DNA of 64,000 nucleotides from an uncultured cyanobacterium (lineage in GTDB: Bacteria; Cyanobacteriota; Cyanobacteriia; Cyanobacteriales; CAWCAG01): NCBI GenBank assembly GCA_963803805.1, contig CAWDOD010000011.1, forward strand, positions 288,001-352,000. The letters run 5' to 3'. The notes below the pieces were generated by a model. The model had not been told where the DNA came from. It was given only the letters and a program-made list of their open reading frames with translations, and did not search any database. How positions within the stretch are numbered: position 1 is the stretch's first letter; the number at the start of each line of letters is the position of its first letter. Made by a program: the position numbers and the translations under genes. Below are positions 1 to 9,773 of this stretch, one piece after another.

Positions 1-37
1 GCAAATAGCAAATAGCAATTAGCAAATAGCAATTAGC
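1..37. repeat. Heptamer short tandem repeat (TAGCAAA/TAGCAAT), cyanobacterial STRR type
   Basis: About 5 degenerate 7-mers at the window start; same family as 3061-3131. Confidence 0.8.
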
Positions 38-341
38 CTTTTAATTTCTCTTCTTCAACTTCTGCTTGCAGTTTTGCTAGTTCTTCTGGGGACATTTCTT
101 CTAAACGCTTTTGCAAGACGGCATCTTCGTAGTCCTTGATCTGTTGGTTATAAGTCATATTTTTTGTTCCTACCCGAAACAAATAGGTAGAAATCCAACC
201 AAGCAAACCCATCACCAATAATACCTGACTCCAAACTCCTGCCGAGAGGCTATCAAGTCCAGCTATTTGCAAAACCAAGTAAGCTAAACCTCCAGCGATA
301 AAGACACCAAAGGCAATGGCGATCGCATCAATTCTTCGCAT
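33..341 (-). CDS. DUF3007-like membrane protein
   Basis: MRRIDAI start, two TM helices, MTYNQQ..YE..VLQKRLEEM motif; usual ndhL neighbour. Confidence 0.8.
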   Translation of the reverse strand: MRRIDAIAIAFGVFIAGGLAYLVLQIAGLDSLSAGVWSQVLLVMGLLGWISTYLFRVGTKNMTYNQQIKDYEDAVLQKRLEEMSPEELAKLQAEVEEEKLKG

Positions 342-355
342 ACTGAATAAGGCGT

Positions 356-592
356 TTATTGCCTACTAAATCTAGGTTTTGGTCGCAAATTTAAAAAGGG
401 ACTAAGTAGCAGTAATCCTGGGAAGAAGAAGAAGACTAAGAAGTACATAAAAGCCCGCTCAAAAGAAGAGGCTACATACCAGCGTTTTTGCAGGTAAAAG
501 TAAAGCAAACCAGGAAGTACAACTAGATATGCACCGCTTAAGGCTAGGTACAACAATCCAACTAAGAGAGTTTGAGCTTCGGTAAATTCCAT
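356..592 (-). CDS. ndhL: NAD(P)H-quinone oxidoreductase (NDH-1) subunit L
   Basis: [35 protein letters not shown] signature; start at Met10 of the ORF track is a guess. Confidence 0.92.
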   Translation of the reverse strand: MEFTEAQTLLVGLLYLALSGAYLVVLPGLLYFYLQKRWYVASSFERAFMYFLVFFFFPGLLLLSPFLNLRPKPRFSRQ

Positions 593-659
593 AGGCTTTT
601 TATAATAATTACCAATCAATAATTTCTAATCACCATACCAGCTTTGATTGTACTACTTT

Positions 660-1808
660 TCAATTACCATCACAAACTTGCGGGTTATAGGGATATGTAA
701 CCTCAACCAAATAAGGGGTAGGTTGAGGATTCTTAGCAAATAGATCTGGAGCCTTCAAGTCTGCTTTGGCTTGTTCATCTAAAATATGATAACCAGAACT
801 CCCTATCAAAAATGGCTCACCACTAATTTTACCTTCAGCATTAACTATAACTCCATAAGTAGCAGCGCCTTGGAGTTGCTCTCCATTAACTTTTTCTCCG
901 AAGCAAGCCTCTTTAGGGTAATTACCACCTGTAGACAAATCTGGTTTTGAGATGTCTGGAGTTATACCTATTTGTTGTTGGACTGATTCTGCCCATTTTA
1001 AGGCTTTCACGTTAGCTTGATTATCTGCGGTGAAAGGTTCTACACGAGCAAGTCGTTCTCTTAATTGTGACGAAACTTCTTGAGTTTCGGGTGCTTCGCT
1101 ACCTGAAATAGCTTCAGGTATGCTCTGCCCATTGTCAAATCCTTGATCCTTTTCTCGATCATTATTACTCGCAACTGGTGTTGTATTTTCAGCAGTGTTA
1201 TCAGTTTTGCTGTCTTGGTTGGGAGTAGAATTAGAGTCTTTACTATCGTTTGGATTTTGTTCAGCCAGCCTTAGTTCTTTCTTTTTATACTCTTCTTGTA
1301 ATCGCTGTTTTTCTGCTTCTAATTCCTGTACATCTTGTTTGCGTAGCTGATTAAAGGTTTTGTTTATATTTTGCTCATGCTTTTTCACTTGCTGACTTGC
1401 TAGTTTCTCAATCTCCTTTATGCTTAATTGCCTCTGTTGCTGTTGCTTTTGAGCCTGAGCAGGATTCTTACTTATTTTTGTCCCTGTAGAACCGCTATCA
1501 CGACTACGGCGAGGAATTCCAGGAACAGTTCTTCCTTGTATCACACCAGGCTTTTTTTGACCAGTTAATTGGTCAGGATCAAGTAAAGCAAGTTCTGGAG
1601 GTCTTTCTAAATTTGGTAAACCACTTTGATTTATTTCAGAAGCATTGAGCAAACCTACAGGTTGAGACTCTTCTACTTCGGGGCTAGAATAAAAGCTAGG
1701 AACCGCCAATGCTGCAATGCCATGAACCCCAACCGAAGCGAGTACAGCAATACTGAAAGGCTGAGCTAAGGCGTTGGGAATACCTTTGATAAAATCAGAA
1801 AAAGACAT
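660..1808 (-). CDS. TonB-like protein (N-terminal TM with SxxxH, coiled coil, TonB C-terminal domain)
   Basis: ASVGVHG TM motif; YPKEAC..G...IVNAEG...SSGY.ILD..A C-terminus. Confidence 0.65.
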   Translation of the reverse strand: MSFSDFIKGIPNALAQPFSIAVLASVGVHGIAALAVPSFYSSPEVEESQPVGLLNASEINQSGLPNLERPPELALLDPDQLTGQKKPGVIQGRTVPGIPRRSRDSGSTGTKISKNPAQAQKQQQQRQLSIKEIEKLASQQVKKHEQNINKTFNQLRKQDVQELEAEKQRLQEEYKKKELRLAEQNPNDSKDSNSTPNQDSKTDNTAENTTPVASNNDREKDQGFDNGQSIPEAISGSEAPETQEVSSQLRERLARVEPFTADNQANVKALKWAESVQQQIGITPDISKPDLSTGGNYPKEACFGEKVNGEQLQGAATYGVIVNAEGKISGEPFLIGSSGYHILDEQAKADLKAPDLFAKNPQPTPYLVEVTYPYNPQVCDGN

Positions 1809-2058
1809 AATAGTTAATTTTTAGTTAGCCGAGGTTAGGTTTTAACGGAATAAGTTTAAGTAGTAATTTATTAAACTCCGTTCTCATTCTAGTAATTGCT
1901 GAGGCTACTGTGTTATTTGGTCGCCATAAATTTAAGATATTTTTCCATTATCTAGCTGATAACTAGCAAAGTTTTGGCCTCGCCACAACCTTGATTCATG
2001 ACGGATAAGTAAGCTTTATGTTGCTTTCAGGTTGACATTTGAGTAACCCCTTGAGTTT

Positions 2059-2310
2059 ATGATTAAACAGACTGCCAGTGCGGATATTTTTGCGGCGATC
2101 GCAAGATCCTCTACACGGCGAGCTTTGTTAGAAAAGTTGCGGCAGGAAGAACAATCTGTCAAGTAATTGGCTAAACCTTCTGCTATTTTGATTACCGGGA
2201 ATTTCCCAATACCTACGCATACTAAAAAATGTCGGCCCAGTGAAGCAGCAACATTTAGGCAAACAACGTAATTTATCTCCTGAATTCTCAACCCTTAAAA
2301 AAATATTACC
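2059..2310 (+). pseudogene. Degraded ArsR/SmtB-family transcriptional regulator
   Basis: Frame-spliced translation MIKQTASADIFAAIA-DP-TRRALLEKLRQEEQSVK*LAKP..LPGISQYLRILKNVGPVKQQHLGKQR-IYLLNSQPLKK; internal stop and several indels. Confidence 0.75.
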
Positions 2311-2324
2311 TAATTATCTAAAAA

Positions 2325-2987
2325 ATGCTAAAACTTTACCATCAACCCATTTCTGCTAACTCCCGTCGAGTTTGGATTGCACTATTAGAAAAAGGTCTTG
2401 CTTTTGAAGAAGTTATCGTCAAATTAGATGGAGATCAATTTGCACCAGATTTCCTTAAAATTAGTCCTTTTCATCGTATTCCTGTATTGATAGATGGTGA
2501 TTTGATTGTAGTTGAATCTTTGGCAATTCTTGATTATTTAGAAGCTAAATATCCTACCCCAGCTTTGTTACCGAAAGAACCTGAATCTTTAGCTAAAGTA
2601 AGTATGGTACAAATGGTGACTATTAATGAATTGTTGCCAGCGATAACAAGGTTAAGCACCGAAGCTATCGGTATTACTCAAGAACCAGAAAAAAAGGAAA
2701 AGGCTGAACATAAAGCAATAGATGTGTTGAACTTTTTTGAGAATTTGCTAGGTGAAAATGAATATTTTAGTGGCGATAGTTTGACTTTTGCCGATATTAC
2801 CGCCGGCACAGTGATACCAAGTTTACCTATGGTTGGTGTACCTTTAGATAATCATCCTAAGTTAGCTATCTGGTGCAATAAACTTTCAAGTCGTGATAGT
2901 TGGCAAAAAACGCAGTTTACAAAAGAAGAAATAGAAGCTTTTATCCCTCGTATGAAGGTTTTAACTAAGGCTTATTGGGATAAGTGA
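2325..2987 (+). CDS. Glutathione S-transferase family protein
   Basis: SANSRRV, SPFHRIPVL, ESLAILDYL, TFADI motifs. Confidence 0.9.
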   Translation: MLKLYHQPISANSRRVWIALLEKGLAFEEVIVKLDGDQFAPDFLKISPFHRIPVLIDGDLIVVESLAILDYLEAKYPTPALLPKEPESLAKVSMVQMVTINELLPAITRLSTEAIGITQEPEKKEKAEHKAIDVLNFFENLLGENEYFSGDSLTFADITAGTVIPSLPMVGVPLDNHPKLAIWCNKLSSRDSWQKTQFTKEEIEAFIPRMKVLTKAYWDK

Positions 2988-2997
2988 AAACATTGAG

Positions 2998-3026
2998 CAT
3001 TTATCGTTTATCATTTATCATTTATC
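2998..3026. repeat. Heptamer tandem repeat (CATTTAT)x4
   Basis: catttat cgtttat catttat catttat. Confidence 0.65.
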
Positions 3027-3060
3027 GAAATAAGCTTCTTATCTTAATTCTAAGACTTGT

Positions 3061-3131
3061 TTAGCAATTAGCAACTAGCGATTAGCAAATAGCAACTAGC
3101 AGTTAGCAACTAGCAACTAGCAACTAGCAAT
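3061..3131. repeat. Heptamer tandem repeat (TAGCAAC consensus), about 10 copies
   Basis: Visible 7-bp periodicity upstream of proA. Confidence 0.85.
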
Positions 3132-3171
3132 TTGATATAATACACTTCTTTAAATTAAGCAGAATAAAACT

Positions 3172-4482
3172 ATGGTTGCCTCACAAACCACCTCTGTTTC
3201 TTTAACAGAAATAGCTAAGAAAACTCGCCAAGCAGCAAGTCAATTAAGTACATTATCCACCGCCGAACGTAATGAAGCTATTGAAGCGATCGCACAATCT
3301 TTAGAAGAGTATACCCCAGAAATTATTGCTGCCAATGAAGAAGATTGTCAGCAAGGGAAAATAGCCGCTATTCCTCAAGCTTTGTTTGCCCGGTTGAAGA
3401 TGGATGCAACTAAATTGCAAGGTGCGATCGCTGGGGTAAGAAATGTGGGCAAGTTAAGCGATCCTGTAGGTGATATTCAAATTAAACGAGAGTTAGATGA
3501 AGGATTAGTTTTGCAGCGTGTTACTTGCCCTTTAGGAGTGTTAGGAATTATCTTTGAAGCCCGTCCTGATGCTTTAATTCAGATTACTAGTTTAGCAATA
3601 AAATCAGGTAACGGAGTTATTTTAAAAGGTGGCAAAGAAGCCCTCAATTCTTGTCAAGAATTAGTTAAAGCAATTCAAAAGGGCTTAAGGAAAACGAAAG
3701 TTAACCCTGATGCGGTACAACTCCTCACTACTAGAGAAGAAATTCGGGCTTTATTAGATTTAGACGAATATGTAGATTTAATTATTCCTAGAGGTTCTAA
3801 TTCTTTTGTTCGCTACGTTCAAGATAATACTCGCATTCCTGTTTTAGGTCATGCTGAGGGAATTTGTCATTTATATGTTGATCAAGCAGCAGATTTAACT
3901 AAAGCAATTGCCATTACCGTAGATTCAAAAACACAGTATCCTGCTGCTTGTAATGCCGTAGAAACTCTTTTAGTTCATCAGGAAATAGCAGCTAATTTTC
4001 TACCACAACTAGCTAAAACTTTGCAAGCTGAAAAAGTAGAATTGCGAGGAGATAAAGCAACTCAAGAAATAATTGATGTGCAACCTGCTACTGTAGAAGA
4101 TTGGAGTACAGAATATAGCGACTTGATTCTAGCTATTAAAATAGTTGATTCTTTAGAAAGTGCGATCGCCCATATTAATACCTACGGTTCTAAACATACC
4201 GATGCCATCGTCACCGAAGATCAAAAAGCTGCTACAAACTTCCAAAACCAAGTTGACGCAGCAGGAGTCTTCCACAACTGTTCTACACGCTTTTCTGATG
4301 GGTTTCGCTATGGTTTTGGAGCAGAAGTTGGCATCAGCACTCAACAAATGCCTCCTCGTGGTCCTGTGGGGTTAGAAGGCTTAATTACCTATAAGTACAA
4401 ATTAACAGGAAATGGTCATCTTGCCGCTACTTATTCTGGACTCGAAGCTAAATCTTTTACTCACAAAGAGTTAGAATTATAG
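3172..4482 (+). CDS. proA: Glutamate-5-semialdehyde dehydrogenase
   Basis: [49 protein letters not shown]. Confidence 0.97.
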   Translation: MVASQTTSVSLTEIAKKTRQAASQLSTLSTAERNEAIEAIAQSLEEYTPEIIAANEEDCQQGKIAAIPQALFARLKMDATKLQGAIAGVRNVGKLSDPVGDIQIKRELDEGLVLQRVTCPLGVLGIIFEARPDALIQITSLAIKSGNGVILKGGKEALNSCQELVKAIQKGLRKTKVNPDAVQLLTTREEIRALLDLDEYVDLIIPRGSNSFVRYVQDNTRIPVLGHAEGICHLYVDQAADLTKAIAITVDSKTQYPAACNAVETLLVHQEIAANFLPQLAKTLQAEKVELRGDKATQEIIDVQPATVEDWSTEYSDLILAIKIVDSLESAIAHINTYGSKHTDAIVTEDQKAATNFQNQVDAAGVFHNCSTRFSDGFRYGFGAEVGISTQQMPPRGPVGLEGLITYKYKLTGNGHLAATYSGLEAKSFTHKELEL

Positions 4483-4530
4483 ACAAAAAAATGCGATCGC
4501 AACATTTTTTCCTAAGAAAAGTACATCAGG

Positions 4531-5388
4531 TTGCTTTCCTTCAAAAAAAGTAAATATAATAAATATTTAATGGTGAATAATAAATTCCCTAGCACCTACT
4601 CTATCTTGTCTCAGACTCAATGCTTGCGAGTTAGCGATGGAAAGACGAGTTCTATCTTTGATAGTTGTTTCCAAGGAAGGCCATTCTCTGTAGGAGATAC
4701 TTCGCGATCGCTGATTCTAATTTGGTCACAACTAGGGGACTTCGACAACCTTGAATATGCTTGGTGGCTACAGAAAGCCCAAGCTAAGCTAGAGGCAGAA
4801 AACATCAATGTTCGTGCTGTTGGTATTGGTGATCGCCCGGCAGGGGAAAAATTTTGTGACTATACTGGATTTCCCCCAACCCAGTTATTTGTAGATCCTC
4901 AAGCAGAGATTCATCATGCTTTGGGGCTGTATCGTGGCTTAACCAGAAAATTCCCCCTCCTCTCAACAGGGCAAAATGCTTGGTTTAACTTAATGTTGAT
5001 GTGTGCAGGAATTGGTAGCCCTGGAACCCTTAAAGAAGTTTTGCGAGGTTACAAAGGCGATCGTCAAGCCCCCCAACTATTTAGTGATGATGAAATCATT
5101 CGTGGTACACCATTACCATCCTTCAAAGCCTCATCTTTTAAGCTAGCAGGGGGAAAAGGCTTTCAACGTCCTTTTGAACTAGCGACTCTGCGTTTACAAA
5201 ATATGACTGAAGTTCTTAGTAACTGGAAAACCTATGTTCCAAACTCAACTTACTTAACCCAAAGGGGAGGAACTTTTCTTTTTGATGGGGAAGGAAATTT
5301 GTTGTATGAACATCGCGATCGCGGTATTCTCGGCTTTGCAGAGAATATGAGTGAGCCTCTCTCTTTTTTATTCAAAGCTAATGGCTAA
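4531..5388 (+). CDS. Peroxiredoxin-like (AhpC/TSA-2 type) protein
   Basis: QLGDFD..EY, GFQRPFELATLRL, TQRGGTFLF motifs; true start may be ATG 4570. Confidence 0.75.
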   Translation: MLSFKKSKYNKYLMVNNKFPSTYSILSQTQCLRVSDGKTSSIFDSCFQGRPFSVGDTSRSLILIWSQLGDFDNLEYAWWLQKAQAKLEAENINVRAVGIGDRPAGEKFCDYTGFPPTQLFVDPQAEIHHALGLYRGLTRKFPLLSTGQNAWFNLMLMCAGIGSPGTLKEVLRGYKGDRQAPQLFSDDEIIRGTPLPSFKASSFKLAGGKGFQRPFELATLRLQNMTEVLSNWKTYVPNSTYLTQRGGTFLFDGEGNLLYEHRDRGILGFAENMSEPLSFLFKANG

Positions 5389-5457
5389 TAGCTAATTGCC
5401 AAAAGTTAAGGGTAAACGAAGCAGTATATTCAAAGCCTACTCCCAAATCCCTGTCTA

Positions 5458-6192
5458 TTACTTACTACGACGGCGCGTAGAAGCAAAAGCACCACCTAAT
5501 AAAGTTAAAGAAATTAAAGAAATTGAGCTGGGTTCAGGTACAGAATGTGATGGTGGCATTGCCATCGTACCAACCTTAAACTGATAAGCCAACTCCGAAC
5601 GTCTAGGACGGTTGCCATCAACCCAAGCAAAATTAGATGTACCTGTGATCAGAAAGTTGTTACCAATATCGGTAATTTTCAAATAGTCAACTGTATCGCT
5701 ATCATCAGAACTGACTGTACCGTCGTAAGCCATACCATCAACTACCAAATTACTAATCTCTGTAATGCTACCGTCTCCATTAGAGCGAGTACGAAGAAAA
5801 ATGCTGTCAATATTGGCTAAATCTTGAACATCTTCTTTCATTAATTCTATACCAGCAACGGTATAGATAACCTTAGACCCATCATATTCTAAACGAAAAT
5901 CAACTGGTTGATTATTGCCCCATTCCAATTCAGCAGTAGGCTTAGGTATTCCTCCTGGGCCGGGAGGCTCTACTTCTTGAATATCGATTTCAAAGTCTCC
6001 GTTACCAGAAATACCAATACGGCTTTCGGCAATAAAATCTTCGGCAAACTTACCTTCTCCTAGAAGCTGATTAAATTCTCCGTCTGTTAAATCAGTTAAG
6101 GGAGTAAAAGTAGCAGCATTAGCTGCCATTGTGCTTGTGACTATCCCTAATGTTGCTAGGGATAATGTAGAAACAACCTTAGTAGTTTTCAT
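5458..6192 (-). CDS. Secreted PEP-CTERM protein
   Basis: Signal peptide ending ANA; C-terminal VPEPSS + TM + RRRSK. Confidence 0.85.
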   Translation of the reverse strand: MKTTKVVSTLSLATLGIVTSTMAANAATFTPLTDLTDGEFNQLLGEGKFAEDFIAESRIGISGNGDFEIDIQEVEPPGPGGIPKPTAELEWGNNQPVDFRLEYDGSKVIYTVAGIELMKEDVQDLANIDSIFLRTRSNGDGSITEISNLVVDGMAYDGTVSSDDSDTVDYLKITDIGNNFLITGTSNFAWVDGNRPRRSELAYQFKVGTMAMPPSHSVPEPSSISLISLTLLGGAFASTRRRSK

Positions 6193-6317
6193 GGTTGTCG
6201 GCTCCTGAAATCTTTACTTGCTTATCTTGAGCTTAAGCCGACTTTTTTCTTTTTTCAATAAAAAACAAACAACTTCACACAAAAAAACCACGAATAATAC
6301 TACACAAACTAATTTAT

Positions 6318-6707
6318 CTAGAAGCTAAAAAAGTTACCGAATGCAGCCAGGGTTCGATATTTTTTGCCTGATAATTCTGTAGTATAGAGACTCAAGAAAA
6401 TTAAGTTTTGACGTTCTGTTACTTGAAAGATAAAGTCCTGTAAAGATTCACTTTCCGTCTTTTTTGTTTTGGCCAGGTTGTTCATTTTTTGGCATTGATT
6501 ATCAGTATTTAATGTAGCAGTAGTATGGTGACAATTTCCAGCTTTAATTACTGCTGCTAACTTAGTTGAAGCATATTCAAGATAAGCTGGTCGATTGGGA
6601 TTAGTTACTACCATCGCAGCAGCAAAAATAGTTATGGCGATCGCACCTTGACTAATCTTCCTTTTTGGCAAGTCGCTACTCAAACCGTAGGGCATATAGG
6701 TTTTCAT
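6318..6707 (-). CDS. DUF4359-like protein
   Basis: TM then TNP...Y.EYA; T.RQNLIFLSLY.T; terminal GNF. Confidence 0.7.
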   Translation of the reverse strand: MKTYMPYGLSSDLPKRKISQGAIAITIFAAAMVVTNPNRPAYLEYASTKLAAVIKAGNCHHTTATLNTDNQCQKMNNLAKTKKTESESLQDFIFQVTERQNLIFLSLYTTELSGKKYRTLAAFGNFFSF

Positions 6708-7130
6708 TTTGTTTAGCTAGCTCTAATTAAATAGTCCTCAAGTAAAAATGTTCGATTCAGGGTAAACTGTTCCGGAAATAATTACTGACCACAGCTAATC
6801 AATGACTTAAGCGAGACAGCCGATTTTCGTTTGTCAGTAGTTATGGCCTTTAGTATTCCCTTATTTTGGGTTTTAGTAGTGCATCCTAACGGAGGCCATC
6901 ATCGGGCGACCTTATAATCTTTATAGTTTGTTTTTTGTTCTTTAAATGTAGTATTGGTGACAGCTATTACAATAGGCAATTCTGCAATAGAGGTAAGAAA
7001 TCGCCATTTTTTCTCAACACAACGACAACCTATTTTCACAACTTTGATAACTCATTAGAGTCACTATCTAGTTGCTATAAAACTAAGTATAGGAAGCACA
7101 AAAGTTGTAACTAAAACTCTTCACCTTATT

Positions 7131-7144
7131 GTATCACTTGATAC
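7131..7144. promoter_or_regulatory. Candidate NtcA box
   Basis: tGTATCActTGATAC = GTA-N8-TAC with extended palindrome; no TAN3T at 22 nt on either side. Confidence 0.5.
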
Positions 7145-7173
7145 TGAAATTCGATTTATATCCCTCACCTCAG

Positions 7174-7575
7174 TCATTCCCCATGGAGCCATTCCCGAAT
7201 ATTTTCCGGTAGAGGAGTTCTCCTTCTGTTAGAAGGATTAATACAAACGTGTCTGGTTAGTGCTTCAGCCAATAGTTTCTCCGCTTCTGTAGCGAAGATT
7301 TGATAAGCGACTTCAAACTCACTTTCCTTTAATTGTTTAGGGGTTAGTTGAACTAATAATCTATCACCACAAAACATCGGGAAGAAAAAGTCTACAGAAC
7401 TATGGACAATAGGAAGTACTGTAGTAGAACTATTAACTAATTCTTGGAAGTTAATTCCTGCATTAACTAAAGACTGTTCGTAAGCTTCATGACACATTAC
7501 CAGGACATTAGCGAAATAGACAACACCCGCTGCATCTGTATCTGATAGACGTACTGTGCGAGGGAGTTTGTTCAC
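7174..7575 (-). CDS. 1,4-dihydroxy-2-naphthoyl-CoA hydrolase (hotdog thioesterase)
   Basis: VRLSDTDAAGVVYFAN..CHEAYE; PIVH..VDF. Confidence 0.85.
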   Translation of the reverse strand: MNKLPRTVRLSDTDAAGVVYFANVLVMCHEAYEQSLVNAGINFQELVNSSTTVLPIVHSSVDFFFPMFCGDRLLVQLTPKQLKESEFEVAYQIFATEAEKLLAEALTRHVCINPSNRRRTPLPENIREWLHGE

Positions 7576-7619
7576 TTTAGATGTTGATTTCCTATTCCAA
7601 AATAATAGCAGCTTTTGGA

Positions 7620-8693
7620 TTAGTTTTGCATCTCCACAGGTTGATAAATTTTACCAAGACTACGGTCTTGATTAATTTCAATAACTATATCTACAAGATG
7701 GGGATTTTTAGTTAACGGAGTAATGAATAGTTCAGGATGAAGAGATTTCCAAAAATATTCCACAAACTGGTTAATTTCCTCATCTCCCATGCCAGCCTTT
7801 CCCGTAGCAATCATTTTGTGTTCTGCTTCTAAGCGCCACTTTTGGCTAAGACGATAATCCACAGGATAAAGAACAATCAAGCGGTCTAGTTTTGCCCAGA
7901 GGGGTAAATATTCCTGTAAGCGAGTATTACTAGCGATGGCAAAATCTCGATCTAGGTTGGTCAAAATAGGATGAGGTGCATTGTTAAACATTTCCTCATC
8001 TATAGGTCTAGCTCCCACAAACCAACCTTCAAATAAAATAATATCTGCTTTCTGGATCTGCTCAGGTTCAGTCCTATCTCCTGCCCCTTGCCACTGAGAT
8101 TTATCAAAACGAGGTACACAAATAGTCTCAGTTGCGTTTCCTTGACGCAATTTATCTAATAATTCCATACCCAAAGCTACATCGTGAGTTCCCGGAGGGC
8201 CACGCCAAATTAAGCGAGGATCTTCTTGCTGCAAGAGTTTTCTATCTGCGTAGGTTTTATAAATATCATCAATAGATACCCCTAAAGTAGAGTAACCTAA
8301 CTTGCCCAAAATTAAATAAATAATGGTGGTAAGAGTTGTTTTACCTGTTCCCTGGCCTCCTAAAATGCCCTGTATTAAAGGACGACCTAGCTTTTCTTTT
8401 TCTGAAGCTAACCATAGGGCTAAAGGCAACCACAAATCCCAGAGAGTTGCGATCGCCGCTTCTTGATTCTGGAAACCTAAATTTTGACAAAGTAGCCAAA
8501 CCTCAGCATATACTTCCTGGAAAAGTTCTACTCTGGTATCAATCTTTTCTTGAGCATTATTAGCATCAAGACCAAAAGCCTGGGCTTTTTGTGGTTGGTT
8601 TAATTCTGTTTGCAAAAGTTCTTGATAAGCTGATTCACTTAACTTTTGCCCCGTAACTAACTGCTGTAATAATTTCTCTACTCGCAAAACCAT
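7620..8693 (-). CDS. D-glycerate 3-kinase (GLYK-type)
   Basis: GGQGTGKTT P-loop, SIDDIY, RGPPGTHD, PRFDKS, FEGW. Confidence 0.85.
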   Translation of the reverse strand: MVLRVEKLLQQLVTGQKLSESAYQELLQTELNQPQKAQAFGLDANNAQEKIDTRVELFQEVYAEVWLLCQNLGFQNQEAAIATLWDLWLPLALWLASEKEKLGRPLIQGILGGQGTGKTTLTTIIYLILGKLGYSTLGVSIDDIYKTYADRKLLQQEDPRLIWRGPPGTHDVALGMELLDKLRQGNATETICVPRFDKSQWQGAGDRTEPEQIQKADIILFEGWFVGARPIDEEMFNNAPHPILTNLDRDFAIASNTRLQEYLPLWAKLDRLIVLYPVDYRLSQKWRLEAEHKMIATGKAGMGDEEINQFVEYFWKSLHPELFITPLTKNPHLVDIVIEINQDRSLGKIYQPVEMQN

Positions 8694-8704
8694 TCACCCA
8701 ATAA

Positions 8705-9055
8705 CTAGGAATTTAGTTTAAATGCTTCCACAAATAAACCATAGGTTATACCAATCTTCAAGTTATTAATTACTTCTACCAACAAAGATGGTTTAGCTAC
8801 TCCATTAACAAGACCCTTTTTAGTACGGCCATAAACAGTTCTGCTAACTATTTCTGTAAACAAAAGTACAAAACCAGCAGCAATAATATCCCAATCAGAA
8901 GTTTGTCCTGCGGTACTAGTAATAGCTGTACCAAGAAAGAAACCTAATAGTAAGCTAATTAAAATCAGAGCGATGCGCCGCCAAGGATTACTGAAAAACT
9001 GACCAATCTGAGTGCTGGTCAAAACTAAGAGATTGTTTAAACGAGTATTTTGCAT
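8705..9055 (-). CDS. Ycf20/DUF565 family protein
   Basis: MQNTRL, NPWRR, KIGI.YGLFVEAFKL. Confidence 0.85.
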   Translation of the reverse strand: MQNTRLNNLLVLTSTQIGQFFSNPWRRIALILISLLLGFFLGTAITSTAGQTSDWDIIAAGFVLLFTEIVSRTVYGRTKKGLVNGVAKPSLLVEVINNLKIGITYGLFVEAFKLNS

Positions 9056-9208
9056 ATTGATTGAGAATATTTTCGACCACAGTTATATCGTACAATTATT
9101 AACTATTTACCTCTTGCTCATAGCTAAAAAGTTGTAAGTCTAGCCACGGTACGATTCTTTGGTTTTCTCTATTAAAGTGGAAAAGGACTAAATAATAAAA
9201 GACTGATT

Positions 9209-9748
9209 GTGAAATATATCTGCGTATTTTGTGGTTCTAGAACTGGTACTAATCCTAGCTACGAGCAAACAGCCCGGAATTTAGGTGAAATTATAGCCCA
9301 AAAAGGTTTTGGTATCGTGTATGGTGCTGGTAAAAGTGGCTTGATGGGGGCTGTAGCGGAAGCCGCCTTAACCGCAGGGGGTAACGTAATTGGGGTAATT
9401 CCTGATTTTCTCTCTACCAGAGAACCTACCCACCCTGGATTAAGCAAACTCCATATCGTTAATTCTATGCACGAACGCAAAGCACTAATGGCTAAATTAG
9501 CTGATGCTTTCGTAATACTTCCTGGGGGTTATGGAACCTTAGAGGAATTTTGTGAAATGCTGACTTGGGCGCAACTAGCTTTGCACCAAAAACCGATAAT
9601 TCTGCTTAATATCAACGGTTATTATGACTCACTGCTCAAATTCTTTGAGCAAGCAGTTCAAGAAAAGTTCTTACTTCCCCAATACCGTTCTTTAGTCCAA
9701 GAAGTTAACTCTCTAGAAGAATTACTGCCCCTAATTGCCCATAGCTAG
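9209..9748 (+). CDS. LOG family nucleotide phosphoribohydrolase
   Basis: ICVFCGS, MHERK, PGGYGTLEE. Confidence 0.92.
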   Translation: MKYICVFCGSRTGTNPSYEQTARNLGEIIAQKGFGIVYGAGKSGLMGAVAEAALTAGGNVIGVIPDFLSTREPTHPGLSKLHIVNSMHERKALMAKLADAFVILPGGYGTLEEFCEMLTWAQLALHQKPIILLNINGYYDSLLKFFEQAVQEKFLLPQYRSLVQEVNSLEELLPLIAHS

Positions 9749-9773
9749 TTTTCATTTCTACTTATCTATTAGA

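Noticed and set aside
2016-2291. 91-aa minus-strand ORF
   Set aside because: Antisense shadow of the ArsR pseudogene; no recognisable motifs
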